From Stramenopiles sp. TOSAG23-3 (lineage: Eukaryota), in contig LT642170.1 in assembly GCA_900128585.1 (NCBI GenBank), forward strand, positions 1 to 45,819: a stretch of DNA of 45,819 bases, in the 5' to 3' direction. The notes below the pieces were generated by a model. It worked only from the letters and a program-made list of their open reading frames with translations. It had not been told where the DNA came from and searched no databases. The position numbers and the translations under genes are program-made. How positions within the stretch are numbered: position 1 is the first letter of the stretch; each line of letters starts with the position of its first letter. Shown here piece after piece: positions 32,122 through 41,567 of the stretch.

Positions 32122-32418
32122 TACTATTATTGACATTATTACCAAGAGTAGTAACAACACTGTATAAAAGACGACTAGTAATAATTCGATGTTACATGTA
32201 TTAGCTATATTGTCTCGACCAAAGACTTCCATCCCGGAATTGCTGTTGGTATGTTTTTTTCTTCTTCTTCTAAACATATATATAAGCTACACAGCAGCAG
32301 CAAATAATTATGAGATGTTTTGTTGAATGTTTTTAACTTTTTACTACACATTAATTTTATCATTGAAAAACAGCATCAAAACGACTATTTACATTTGTTT
32401 TTATCAGCGTTACGCTCC

Positions 32419-33558
32419 CTACCAATTTTTAGTGTACCCAATTTTTCCACCCTTGTAGTTGTAAATCGGCAAGCGCTCCATGATCTCTCGCCCCGACGTG
32501 TACTTTCCGAACATGGACGTTGGCTTACTGTTCCAGATTCTTCTGCTTTCCGCCTCCGTCCAGGGCATGACCCCTTCGTGTGTCACTGCAGTGCTGACAT
32601 CTGCCCCATGAAGCTTTCCCGGGCCGAGCTCGTAGTGTATTTTTTTGAAGTTGTTGTAGTATTGGGCTGACGATGGGCGACTCTTTGTGTTGGAGCGAAA
32701 CACCCAAGAATCCGCACGCTTCAACGATGTCTTGAAATGTTTTTCTTCCTCCAGCTTTTGCCTGCTCTGTCTCTTTGCCGTGCTCTCCACAAAACCTCGG
32801 TTCTCGCGCCAATTGTTGTTGTCGTGTGTTCTAAGGGGTCCTCGCAGGCTTGCCTGCTCCATTTCCTGCTTTCGCAGCTTGTACAGTTGCACGGGGACAA
32901 TGCTTTTCCCACAGAAGGACGGGCTTTGGTTTATTTTATTGTGAACATTTCTGTATCGGGGAATTCCACTTCCGAGCTCTTTGTGGCTTTGACTAATGTA
33001 AATGGCGTCCGCCCCTTGGTTCGCAGGCAAACGACTCGCCCCTACATGCTTGTGGTGGATGACGCAGTCGCGGTGACCTGCAGCGCCCACTTTCGAGGTT
33101 CCCTTTCGCCGCTTTGACTTGGCACTGGATGCGCGTCGATTTGCCTGCACACGGCGTGACCCACGAGGCCGCGGCGGCGGCCGTCGCAGCCCCTCCCCGC
33201 TGGCCCTGCGCCGACCCTCCCCGCTGGCCCTGCGCCGACCATTTTGCGAAGGGTTTCCAGTAGATGACGTTCCAACCTTCCCGTCCCCGTACTGATCCAT
33301 CGTAAGTACCAATTTAACCATGTCGGCGCCGTCACCGGCCACGCCGTCGCCAAAGTACTTGCATTGGAAGGTTTTGCAGAACTTGTAATTCTTCCCGTAC
33401 TGTTTCTTCAGGTTCCCCGTGGTGTTTACGGCCGACCGAGGCCTTTCCCCTGCCGGCCTTCTCAAACTTTGGTAGTGCTTTGGGGCAATCAAGCAATACT
33501 TTGACGTTGGAACAGCCGACTTAGGGCGCGACGTAGTTTTCTTTGTGGACGTGATCAT
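32419..33558 (-). CDS. Basic, low-complexity hypothetical protein with RPxSA motifs
   Basis: The long ORF fills a GC-rich island; first ATG at 33558. It contains RPKSA, RPRSA and RPSSA, and a perfect 24-nt tandem repeat at 33191-33238 encoding RRRASGEG twice. Confidence 0.72.
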   Translation of the reverse strand: MITSTKKTTSRPKSAVPTSKYCLIAPKHYQSLRRPAGERPRSAVNTTGNLKKQYGKNYKFCKTFQCKYFGDGVAGDGADMVKLVLTMDQYGDGKVGTSSTGNPSQNGRRRASGEGRRRASGEGLRRPPPRPRGSRRVQANRRASSAKSKRRKGTSKVGAAGHRDCVIHHKHVGASRLPANQGADAIYISQSHKELGSGIPRYRNVHNKINQSPSFCGKSIVPVQLYKLRKQEMEQASLRGPLRTHDNNNWRENRGFVESTAKRQSRQKLEEEKHFKTSLKRADSWVFRSNTKSRPSSAQYYNNFKKIHYELGPGKLHGADVSTAVTHEGVMPWTEAESRRIWNSKPTSMFGKYTSGREIMERLPIYNYKGGKIGYTKNW

Positions 33559-33835
33559 CGGCGACCTTGGCTTCTTTGCCCACTCCACTTTACAACACCC
33601 TGCTCAATCAATCCTCCGACTTCGATTAAATTCCGTTCAAACCAACTTTATTCATTTCCAATCAACTCTCCTAAATTTCTCATGTCCCATTAAAAAAGAA
33701 AATTCTCCTTCATCATTATGAATAATTTCAACCTATATAATTTTATTCATTCATTTGAAAATCTTCTTTGCAAATAATATATATTATATAAAAAATAAAA
33801 ATATTATTATTATATTTTTTTTTATCGGTTACACA

Positions 33836-33951
33836 TATCTTTCTATCTTTCTTTCTTTCTTCTTTCTTTCTTTGTTTGTTTGTTTGTTTGTTTCTTTCTT
33901 TCTTTCTTTCTTTCGACTCTTTCTTTCTTCTTTCTTTCGACTCTTTCTTTC
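33836..33951 (+). repeat. (TTTC)n/(TTTG)n simple repeat with duplicated TTCGACTCTTTC
   Basis: Read directly from the sequence. Confidence 0.9.
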
Positions 33952-34331
33952 TAAATTATATCAATAGGGTTTATATTAGGTTATTATTAATATAAATATC
34001 TTCTTTCTTCTTCTTCTTCTCATCAAACAAAAGCTAAAGAGAAGAAAGAAGAAGAAAGAGAGGAGAAGAAGAATGAAAAAAATAATATTATTTTTATTTC
34101 ATTCTTCATTTACTACTTTATTACTGGTATTTATTACTACTCTTCTTCTTCACAATTTCAGACAATGAGGAAAACGATTAACGATGAGGAAGAAATTAAA
34201 AACGATCGTTTGGTATTTTTTTAGCATGGCATATAGGTATGTTTTTTGAGATTTCTTTTCTTCATTCTTGGATACTTATTCTGTCTTTATTCTTCGCGTT
34301 GTATAGTTATTGGTGAGAGTGGAAGGATTGT

Positions 34332-34820
34332 ATGTCAAAGTCGGCCCCTGTCCGCATTGTCAATGGGCAAGTCCTTCGTGCTGGGGAGACGCCTAGTGGT
34401 GGTGGTGGTGGTGGTAGTGTTAGTAGTGGTGGCGGTGGCAGGGACTTAGAATCTGGACGGAGCCTTGGCTCGGGGACGGGATCTGCAGGAAACCCTGGGG
34501 CATCGACATTTTCGTCGTTGAATGGTGCGACGGGGATCAATTTTGATGGCAACAACAAGTACAAGTATGGGGCCGTGTTTCTGTTTCTTCTTATGTTTGG
34601 CCTTCGCGCGGCGGTGCCGATGGTAATGCTGTATATTCTTTACCAAGTTTTTTCGACCATTCAACGAACGTCGGCGCATAGGGGGGGCGGATCTAGCGCA
34701 AGTGGACCTTCCCGATCTTCTGGCACGCAGCGACCCGCCAGGACCCCGGGTTCGAACATTCGAACGGTCAGGGATTTGCCGAAACCGCCACCCAGTGCCT
34801 GAGGTCGAGGGGGGTGCTAA
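34332..34820 (+). CDS. Candidate selenoprotein, SELENOK/SELENOS-type small membrane protein (162 aa; Sec157 encoded by TGA 34800-34802; true stop TAA 34818-34820)
   Basis: N-terminal VRIVNGQVL (human SELENOK: VYISNGQVL), a hydrophobic segment and a Gly/Arg/Pro-rich tail. The end reads IRTVRDLPKPPPSA-TGA-GRGGC* (human SELENOK ends PPPMAGGUGR). A SECIS lies about 120 nt downstream of the TGA. Confidence 0.85.
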
Positions 34821-34914
34821 ACCAGCTCTTGTTCGTCGCACAGGTCCGGTTTTGCCCTGTGCTGGTTTAGCCCCCCCATCTCCCCGTTCTGGTTCTGACC
34901 CTATCCTTGTTGGT

Positions 34915-34976
34915 GTAGTATATGACGCGGCACGCATGAAATCTTTCCGTCAAAGAATGCGAGCAGCCGATACTAC
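34915..34976 (+). promoter_or_regulatory. Eukaryotic SECIS element, type II, in the 3' UTR
   Basis: Helix I GTAGT(34915-19)/ACTAC(34972-76). Core ATGAC(34922-26)/CGAT(34968-71) gives tandem G.A/A.G pairs. Helix II GCGGCACGCAT/ATGCGAGCAGC pairs at 9 of 11 positions. Unpaired AAA at 34939-41, then apical mini-stem TCTTT/AAAGA. Confidence 0.88.
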
Positions 34977-35444
34977 CGTGGTGTGGGATAAATATCTAAA
35001 CATATACTATGATATAATATAATTTGTTTTTCTAAGGAACGACCTCCATATTTTGCGGCATGAGATGAGCGAATAATCGCCCACCGTCGCGACAGGTTTA
35101 AACCTCGTTGATGTAATTTGACTAAATAAATCTACAAATGTACAAAGTATTATGCACTTTGTACGGAATATCAGTTGTTTATTTAGGACAACGTGCACAA
35201 TATTAAATATTCCTCCTCTCTTATTATCATATTTATTAATTTTTCCTTTTCACTTTTCAGCTTTTCAGTGTAGTATTAATATTAGAAGTCACTATTGCGC
35301 TGCTGTTAATAGTAGTTAGTAAAATACAGCTTTAAAAAAAATATCACCACGGAAAATGGTCAAGATTTTAATTTTTTACATGAAAAAATTTACCGGGTGT
35401 ATTTTAGATTTTGTTCATAAACCGAGAGGGGCGGACACCGCCTT

Positions 35445-36065
35445 TTACCTCCTCGTCTGCAAGGTCTTCCCTTCCGTGTACCCAAAGTGCCCCATGCTCT
35501 TGGTCGTCACGTTGAAGGTGACTTTGACTATGCCGCAAGACTTGACTCGCGTCACTTCGCGATCTCCGTTCCTGGCCGGAAACTTATTATCTCTAAACTC
35601 AGCAGGGGCGTTCAACAGCCATCCCAGGAACTCCTGCAGGGGCGACGATGCCAGTGGGGCAAACATGTGAACGTACCGCGTGTGCTTTCCCGCGGTCGTA
35701 GGCATAAGCACGGCGCCGTACCCCCGCACGATCAGGCCCCTGTCCACCACCGTAAGGACCAGGCGCGGCCACCCAAAGGCGTTCGTCGACGAAAACGTCG
35801 ACGATATGGGAAAGTTCCACACCACGCTGGCACCGGACCGTGAGGTTTCGTTGACGGAATACTGACTATCGTTGGTTGCGAGCATGGGCCCGTCTTGGAT
35901 TCGCCAATCTGGGCCGTAGGAAAAGTCGTACGTGCACGCGAGTGAGTCGTGCCCGCGAAACATCCCGCTCTCTACTTGACCCGACACGTTCACTAGAAAA
36001 TGCTTCGGGCCATCGTTCGTTTCCCCGGCGACCGCATTCAACCGTGCTCTTGCTATCGCATTCAT
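35445..36065 (-). CDS. B9D1: B9 domain-containing protein 1 (ciliary transition zone, MKS module)
   Basis: FLVNVSGQVESG, YDFSYGPDW, VVWNFPISSTFSSTNAFGWPRLV, VRGYGAV, EFRD..GDREVTRVKS.GIVKVTFNV..FGY. Confidence 0.92.
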   Translation of the reverse strand: MNAIARARLNAVAGETNDGPKHFLVNVSGQVESGMFRGHDSLACTYDFSYGPDWRIQDGPMLATNDSQYSVNETSRSGASVVWNFPISSTFSSTNAFGWPRLVLTVVDRGLIVRGYGAVLMPTTAGKHTRYVHMFAPLASSPLQEFLGWLLNAPAEFRDNKFPARNGDREVTRVKSCGIVKVTFNVTTKSMGHFGYTEGKTLQTRR

Positions 36066-36986
36066 TCTTTCGTTCTAATTTGTTCGTTCGATTTTCACTG
36101 CGCTATACTGACCTTTATTAATTACCGCACGGACGGATAAGGCGGATACCCCAAAAAATCGTTTCCCTCTTCTTCTCTATTTATATATGCCACACGAACG
36201 CACGCACGAAACGGTCGTCACGGCAGGCACACACGGAACGGGCAAAGCAAATGACAAAGAAAGGTTGACACCCTTTCCAAACCACGAAAAACAAAAAAAT
36301 AACTGATACACTGAACCTTTGAAACGAAATCAACCGGTCGGTTCAATTGATCAACCCCGATTCCACCGTTATTCCTTTCCCTTTCCTTTTAATTAGTATG
36401 AACTTCATTCATCACAATATACAATAATTGTTATTTCCATTTTTTCTTTTTCTTTTTTCTAAATTTTTTTTTTAATTAATTATTATTAATTAATTATTTA
36501 TTATATTTTCCTTTCTTCTCTTTCCTACTATTTCTATGTTGTTAACAATAATTTAAATATTATAATTATTATTATTTATTATTATTTTTTGAAATTAAAG
36601 AAATAATTATACATACATGACACAGCATGAATTCAAAACCAACTAAACAGTTTAATAAGAACAGAGCATAGGGAATCGGGTTTTAAATTTGAAAAACCAA
36701 CGATTTAGAGTTAAGAATAGGGTATATAAACAAATTAGGGGTAATATTAGGGTTTTAAAATCAAAAGATTCGTTCTTCGTTCTTCGTTCGATCGTTCTTC
36801 GTTCTTTTCAAAGAAGAAGAAATACCCAGAAGAAGAAGTAAGAGAAGATAACTGTTTGATTTGTTTCATTCATTCATTCATTCATTCATTTTTTTGTTTG
36901 TTTCTTTTGTATGTATGTACATTTTTGTTGTTGTGTATTAATGTTTGATTGTTCAGTTCAGATCAGTTCCGCATTATAATACCACT

Positions 36987-39893
36987 ATGTTGTGTCGAGG
37001 TTTTCCCGTTGGGTTTGTTCGTTTGTCATGGCTTTGGTACTTTGCCTTGTTGCCCTTGTCAGGATTTGGGAAGACGCTGGTGGACTTATCCTCCAGGGGA
37101 CAATACGCTACGTGGAAACTGTGCAGGAAAGATTTGTTGGACGCTTTGAACGTGACGGCGAAAGACGTGTCCATGCCAGGGTTTTCTTCGACGCCACTGT
37201 ACGCCTCCCTCTGCTTTCCCGCCGTGGTGCCTGGGACTGCGATGGTGTCCATGCTCGAAAACGGCATGTTTCCCGGGGTGACCGACCCATACTACGACGA
37301 AGACTTGCGAAAGATCCCGGACATTCACGATTCGGGGAAAGCGTTTTACACCTACTACTGGCACGCTTCCGTCAACGTCTCCGAGTTCGCGGGGACGGCC
37401 AGCCCGCTGTCGGTGTACGTTCGGTCCCTGAACTACCGGGCGAATTTTTTCCAGGCCGGGAAAGAGGTGTTTCCGGAGCAGAACGGCGGGAAACCGGCGG
37501 CCGGAATGTTTCACCGCTGGTCGTTTCCGATTGCTCGCACGATGGGCCGGGCCGACGACGACACGGTCTCGTTCGCGATCTTGGTCGCCCCGCCCGATTT
37601 CGTTGGAAAACCCAATTGCGGCCAAGGGGGGGACCACCAAATAGCCAAGAATGCGGCGATCATGCAGTACCTTGCGGGTTGGGATTGGGCGCAGGCGACG
37701 CCGGACCGAAACACTGGCCTATGGGACCAAGTCTCGCTCGTCCTTGCAGGCAACGCACGGGCAACGGTGAACGACGTTCACGTGGAGATCCTGTCCAACA
37801 TCGACGCGTCGGAGACTGGGACAGAGGCAACGGTCGACGTGGGGGTCACCGCAACGGTACACGGCTTCGAGCAAGGCGGGGGGGCGCCCCCGCCCAAGCT
37901 GGTCCTCCGGGCGACCGTGCTGGAAACGAACGAGAGCGCAGCGAGCAAGCCGTTCGAAGTCCCTTCGACAGGCGCGGGCGGGGACAAAGCGGTCGCGCTC
38001 CCCGCGTTGAAAATGGAATCGCCGCAGTATTGGTGGCCGCACACCCACGGGGAGCCCCATTTGTACCACCTGCGCGTTGAGCTTTTCGCGGGGGAGACGC
38101 CGCTGTCCGCGGAGGTGGTGGCCTTTGGGGTGCGCTCCTTTACCAACTACGTGGACGAGAAGACGAGGGGGCGGGTGTTCCTCTGCAACGGGGTGAAAAT
38201 GTTTCTTCAGGGGGGAAATTGGATAGGGACCGACCAGCTGTTACGGTACTCCACGTCCGCGGACCGGTACACGACAGAGGTCCGGCTGCACAGGCAGATG
38301 GGGCTCAACCTGATCCGGGTCTGGGGGGGGGGGATTGCGGAGCGGCCGGAATTTTACGACGCGTGCGACCGGCTCGGGGTCATGGTCTACCAAGAGTTTT
38401 GGATGACGGGGGACAACAATGGGCGGTGGGCGGGGAACTATTCCTGGCCACTGGACCACCAGGTGTACCTGTCGTGCGCAGCAGACGTTGTCAAGATGCT
38501 GCGCAACCACCCCTCTCTCCTGCTGTGGGTAGGGGGCAACGAGCTGTTCCCGGAGAAGCAAAGCCCTCCGCCCGACATAGCGGCGGCCTTGCCGGCCCTT
38601 CTGTCGCAGCTCGACCCCGGGCGATTTTTCATCCCCTCCTCCATGTCCAACTACACCGACTACGACCCCTCCTTCGCCCTTGCGCCCAAAGACGGCCCGT
38701 ACGGCTACCTTGACCCGAAGAGGTTCGACGAACGGAACCCGGGCCTTAAGTTTTGGAACGGGAGCAGTGCCGCTGCCGTGATCTTGGGCTTTCAGCCGGA
38801 GATCGGAAGCTCGGCCACGCCCGTGTACAACAGCGTGGCAAAGTTTGTCAAACACCTGGACGCTTTCCCGTCTGCGTCGAGCGAGACAGTCCCCGCGGCA
38901 TTTTCCTTTCACAATTACCTGTCGTACAACGACGACATGGGCCGGGACCACATCTACACGTACGGCACGCCGCGGAACATGTCCGAGTATTGCCTGTTTG
39001 CGCAGATGGCCCAGTTGTGCCAGGTCAAGGGAATCTTCGAAGGGTTCCAACGGCACATGTTCACGTACTACACGGCAATGCTCTTTTGGAAGACGCAGTC
39101 GCCGTGGCCTAGTTTTCGGGGCCACATGTACGACAATTACCTCGAGACGAATGGAGGGTTCTGGGGTGTTGTCCAAGCCACCGAGGGGGGAAGGAACCCG
39201 TTGCACGTTTCTTTGGGAAATTGGACCGAGGACTTGCAGGTCGTGGTGGTCAACCGTTTCGCCAAAGGGTTTGCGGGATCAACGTTTCGCGTCAGCGCGG
39301 CGTGGTGGCGGTTGAACGGGACCCTGGTCCGTCAGCACGTGCTGGACGTGGAGGGCTCGCTGCTGCAGGGGCACTCCGTCCACTCGGTGGGCCTCGGGGG
39401 CTTCCGGTTCCCGGACGTGCCGAAAGCGTCCTCCACCCCGGAAGTCTTGTACCTTCGGCTGGAGCTTCTGGAAATGACGAGGCAGGCCTTGGCCAGTTTC
39501 AACGATTACTGGCTCAGCGACCCAAGCTTACCCCAGGACTACGCCCAGCTGGGCATGATGCGCGCGAGCGAGGAGGAGCTCTTGCACTTGTGCGCCTCGT
39601 GCACGATTGCAAAGGGCGGGAGCGCGCATTTTGCGTCGCTGAACGTTTCGAACTGCGACGGCGCGGGCATCGCGCTCGCCGTCCGCGTTCGCCTGCGCGA
39701 CGGCCAACTGGGCCCTAGGGAAATTGTGCTAGGAAAGGAGCAGTACACGTACTCCAGTCAGTACTTTTCCTTGCTCCCGGGCGAGTCCAAAGTGGTCTTC
39801 GTCGACACTGCCCGTGGTAGCAGCGCTGATTCCATCCAAGCCGGCATCAACGGGTGGAACGTTGCGAACGTCGCCGTCGAGTGCACAGGGTAA
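36987..39893 (+). CDS. Secreted glycoside hydrolase family 2, mannosylglycoprotein endo-beta-mannosidase-like
   Basis: Signal peptide; AVVPGT, GQGGDHQIAKN, GWDWAQATPDRNTGLWD, WWPH, QGGNWI, NLIRVWGGGIAERPEFYDACD, LRNHPSLLLWVGGNE (acid/base), GFQPEIGS (nucleophile), WKTQSPWP. Confidence 0.93.
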   Translation: MLCRGFPVGFVRLSWLWYFALLPLSGFGKTLVDLSSRGQYATWKLCRKDLLDALNVTAKDVSMPGFSSTPLYASLCFPAVVPGTAMVSMLENGMFPGVTDPYYDEDLRKIPDIHDSGKAFYTYYWHASVNVSEFAGTASPLSVYVRSLNYRANFFQAGKEVFPEQNGGKPAAGMFHRWSFPIARTMGRADDDTVSFAILVAPPDFVGKPNCGQGGDHQIAKNAAIMQYLAGWDWAQATPDRNTGLWDQVSLVLAGNARATVNDVHVEILSNIDASETGTEATVDVGVTATVHGFEQGGGAPPPKLVLRATVLETNESAASKPFEVPSTGAGGDKAVALPALKMESPQYWWPHTHGEPHLYHLRVELFAGETPLSAEVVAFGVRSFTNYVDEKTRGRVFLCNGVKMFLQGGNWIGTDQLLRYSTSADRYTTEVRLHRQMGLNLIRVWGGGIAERPEFYDACDRLGVMVYQEFWMTGDNNGRWAGNYSWPLDHQVYLSCAADVVKMLRNHPSLLLWVGGNELFPEKQSPPPDIAAALPALLSQLDPGRFFIPSSMSNYTDYDPSFALAPKDGPYGYLDPKRFDERNPGLKFWNGSSAAAVILGFQPEIGSSATPVYNSVAKFVKHLDAFPSASSETVPAAFSFHNYLSYNDDMGRDHIYTYGTPRNMSEYCLFAQMAQLCQVKGIFEGFQRHMFTYYTAMLFWKTQSPWPSFRGHMYDNYLETNGGFWGVVQATEGGRNPLHVSLGNWTEDLQVVVVNRFAKGFAGSTFRVSAAWWRLNGTLVRQHVLDVEGSLLQGHSVHSVGLGGFRFPDVPKASSTPEVLYLRLELLEMTRQALASFNDYWLSDPSLPQDYAQLGMMRASEEELLHLCASCTIAKGGSAHFASLNVSNCDGAGIALAVRVRLRDGQLGPREIVLGKEQYTYSSQYFSLLPGESKVVFVDTARGSSADSIQAGINGWNVANVAVECTG

Positions 39894-40148
39894 AGAAGAG
39901 GGCGGGAAAAACAAGGAGCGTTTTCCTTCTTAAGTTACAAAGAAAACATACAATCTGTACAGTAAATTTTAAGTACGCAGTGCACACTGCACGGAGGAAA
40001 TGCTAAGCATCGAACACTTTGTGTAGAACAGGGATACTAAAGACTTACATAAATTTTAAATCCTTTAAAATAACAGCCATTATTGTGTTTAAAAAGAATC
40101 CTCCTCTTTGTAATTTTGTTTTGTTTGCCCCACCCTCCCCGCTGCCCT

Positions 40149-40571
40149 TTACAAATTGGAGAAGGAGATCAGTTCTATTTCATAAATCAAGGTCTCGTTG
40201 GGCGGGACTATCGGGGGGTATCCTCTGCGCCCGTACGCCAGCTGCGGCGGTATCTCTACACGAACCTTTTGGTTCAGGCTCAAGTCTGGAAAAAATTCTT
40301 CCCAACCTTTAATGACTTGGTTCGCCCCAAGGACGAATTCAAAGGCGTGCCCCCTGGTGTGGGACGAGTCGAACTTGTCCCCAGAGCTTTTCAACCACGC
40401 ATCGTAGTGAATTCTTACGGTCTGGCCTTTGACGGGTTTGTGGGTTGCATCCCCCGCCCGCAACGTCTTTACAGTAACGCTGACCGGGTCCATTGCCGCC
40501 AGAACTTGAGAGTCCCCTTCCGCCACCGAACCGTTCGCATCGAACGTTCCACCGCCTCCCTGAGAGTTCAT
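40149..40571 (-). CDS. FKBP-type peptidyl-prolyl isomerase (FKBP12-like, with an N-terminal extension)
   Basis: GQTVRIHY, KFDSSHTRG..FEFVLGANQVIKGWEE, IPPQLAYGRRGYPPIVPPNETLIYEIEL. Confidence 0.95.
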   Translation of the reverse strand: MNSQGGGGTFDANGSVAEGDSQVLAAMDPVSVTVKTLRAGDATHKPVKGQTVRIHYDAWLKSSGDKFDSSHTRGHAFEFVLGANQVIKGWEEFFPDLSLNQKVRVEIPPQLAYGRRGYPPIVPPNETLIYEIELISFSNL

Positions 40572-40993
40572 CGTTTCTATACACCCAAAGACCCCAACAA
40601 TTCAAAGAAGAATAAGACAAAAAACGAAGAATAAGACAGAAAGAATGAGTTCATATCTTTCTACAATTAAATCCCATGTGTTCAATTCCTCACTCTTTCT
40701 TTAAAAAAATTAGTAAGTAATAGAAATACATACATATACATACATAGAAGAATTCAAGTTTAATTTTTTTCTATTAATTATTTTCGTACCTACCAGTACC
40801 ACCAAACAACTACTGAATGAATAATAAAAACCAAAACCAGAAGAAGAGAAGAAGGGAAGGAAGAAGAAGGAAAATACCTGAATGAATAAAAAACCACCGA
40901 CCTGCTGTGAATACGTATTATACCTGTTACCGTACCTGTGCCATGTACCCTTACAATAATATAATAAAATTATTATAACGGTTAGTCGACCCA

Positions 40994-41333
40994 TCTTCTT
41001 CTTCTTCTATCTTCTTCTTCTTTCTTCTTTCTTCTTTCTTCTTTCTTCTTTCTTCTTTCTTCTTTCTTTTTTCTTCTTTCTTCTTTCTTCTTTTTCTTTC
41101 TTTTTTCTTTCTTTTTTCTCTTTTCTCTTTTCTTCTTTCTTCTTTCTCTTTTCTTCTTTCTTCTTTCTCTTTTCTCTTTCTCTTTCTTCTTTTTCTTTCT
41201 TCATTTCTTTTTTCTTTCTTTCTTCTTTCTTCTTCTTTCCCCTTTCTTTTTTTCTTCTTCTTTCCTTTCTTTTTTTCTTCTTCTTTCTTCTTCTTCTTTC
41301 TTTGTCTTTTTTTCTTCTTTATTATTTTTCTTC
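40994..41333 (+). repeat. Long polypyrimidine (TTC/TTTC) tract
   Basis: Read directly from the sequence. Confidence 0.95.
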
Positions 41334-41567
41334 ATCATCAAAAAATAATAATACCTACTTTAAATACATAGACAGAGCATCATGATATAATAATCCTAAA
41401 TTTTAGAAAAAAGTTTGATAAATATATTATAGTAGTAGTAAAAATAAAATAAAATTTGATATGATATTTAAAAAGAGTATATTAGATGTGCGATTAATTT
41501 TTACTCTTTGAAGACGTAAATTATAAGATATGGCGAAGGGGTCAACACGCAGACTATGTCGCATACT

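Noticed and set aside
34446-34937. Antisense 163-aa ORF and the + strand ORF 34702-35022 over the selenoprotein locus
   Set aside because: Neither has protein features, and the region is better explained by the selenoprotein CDS and its SECIS-bearing 3' UTR.
36992-39718. Long alternative-frame and antisense ORFs over GH2 (similarly over SLC35F, DRC3, the ILEI gene and the last gene)
   Set aside because: They are shadow ORFs expected from high GC and codon bias, with no recognisable motifs, while the main frames have clear family signatures.
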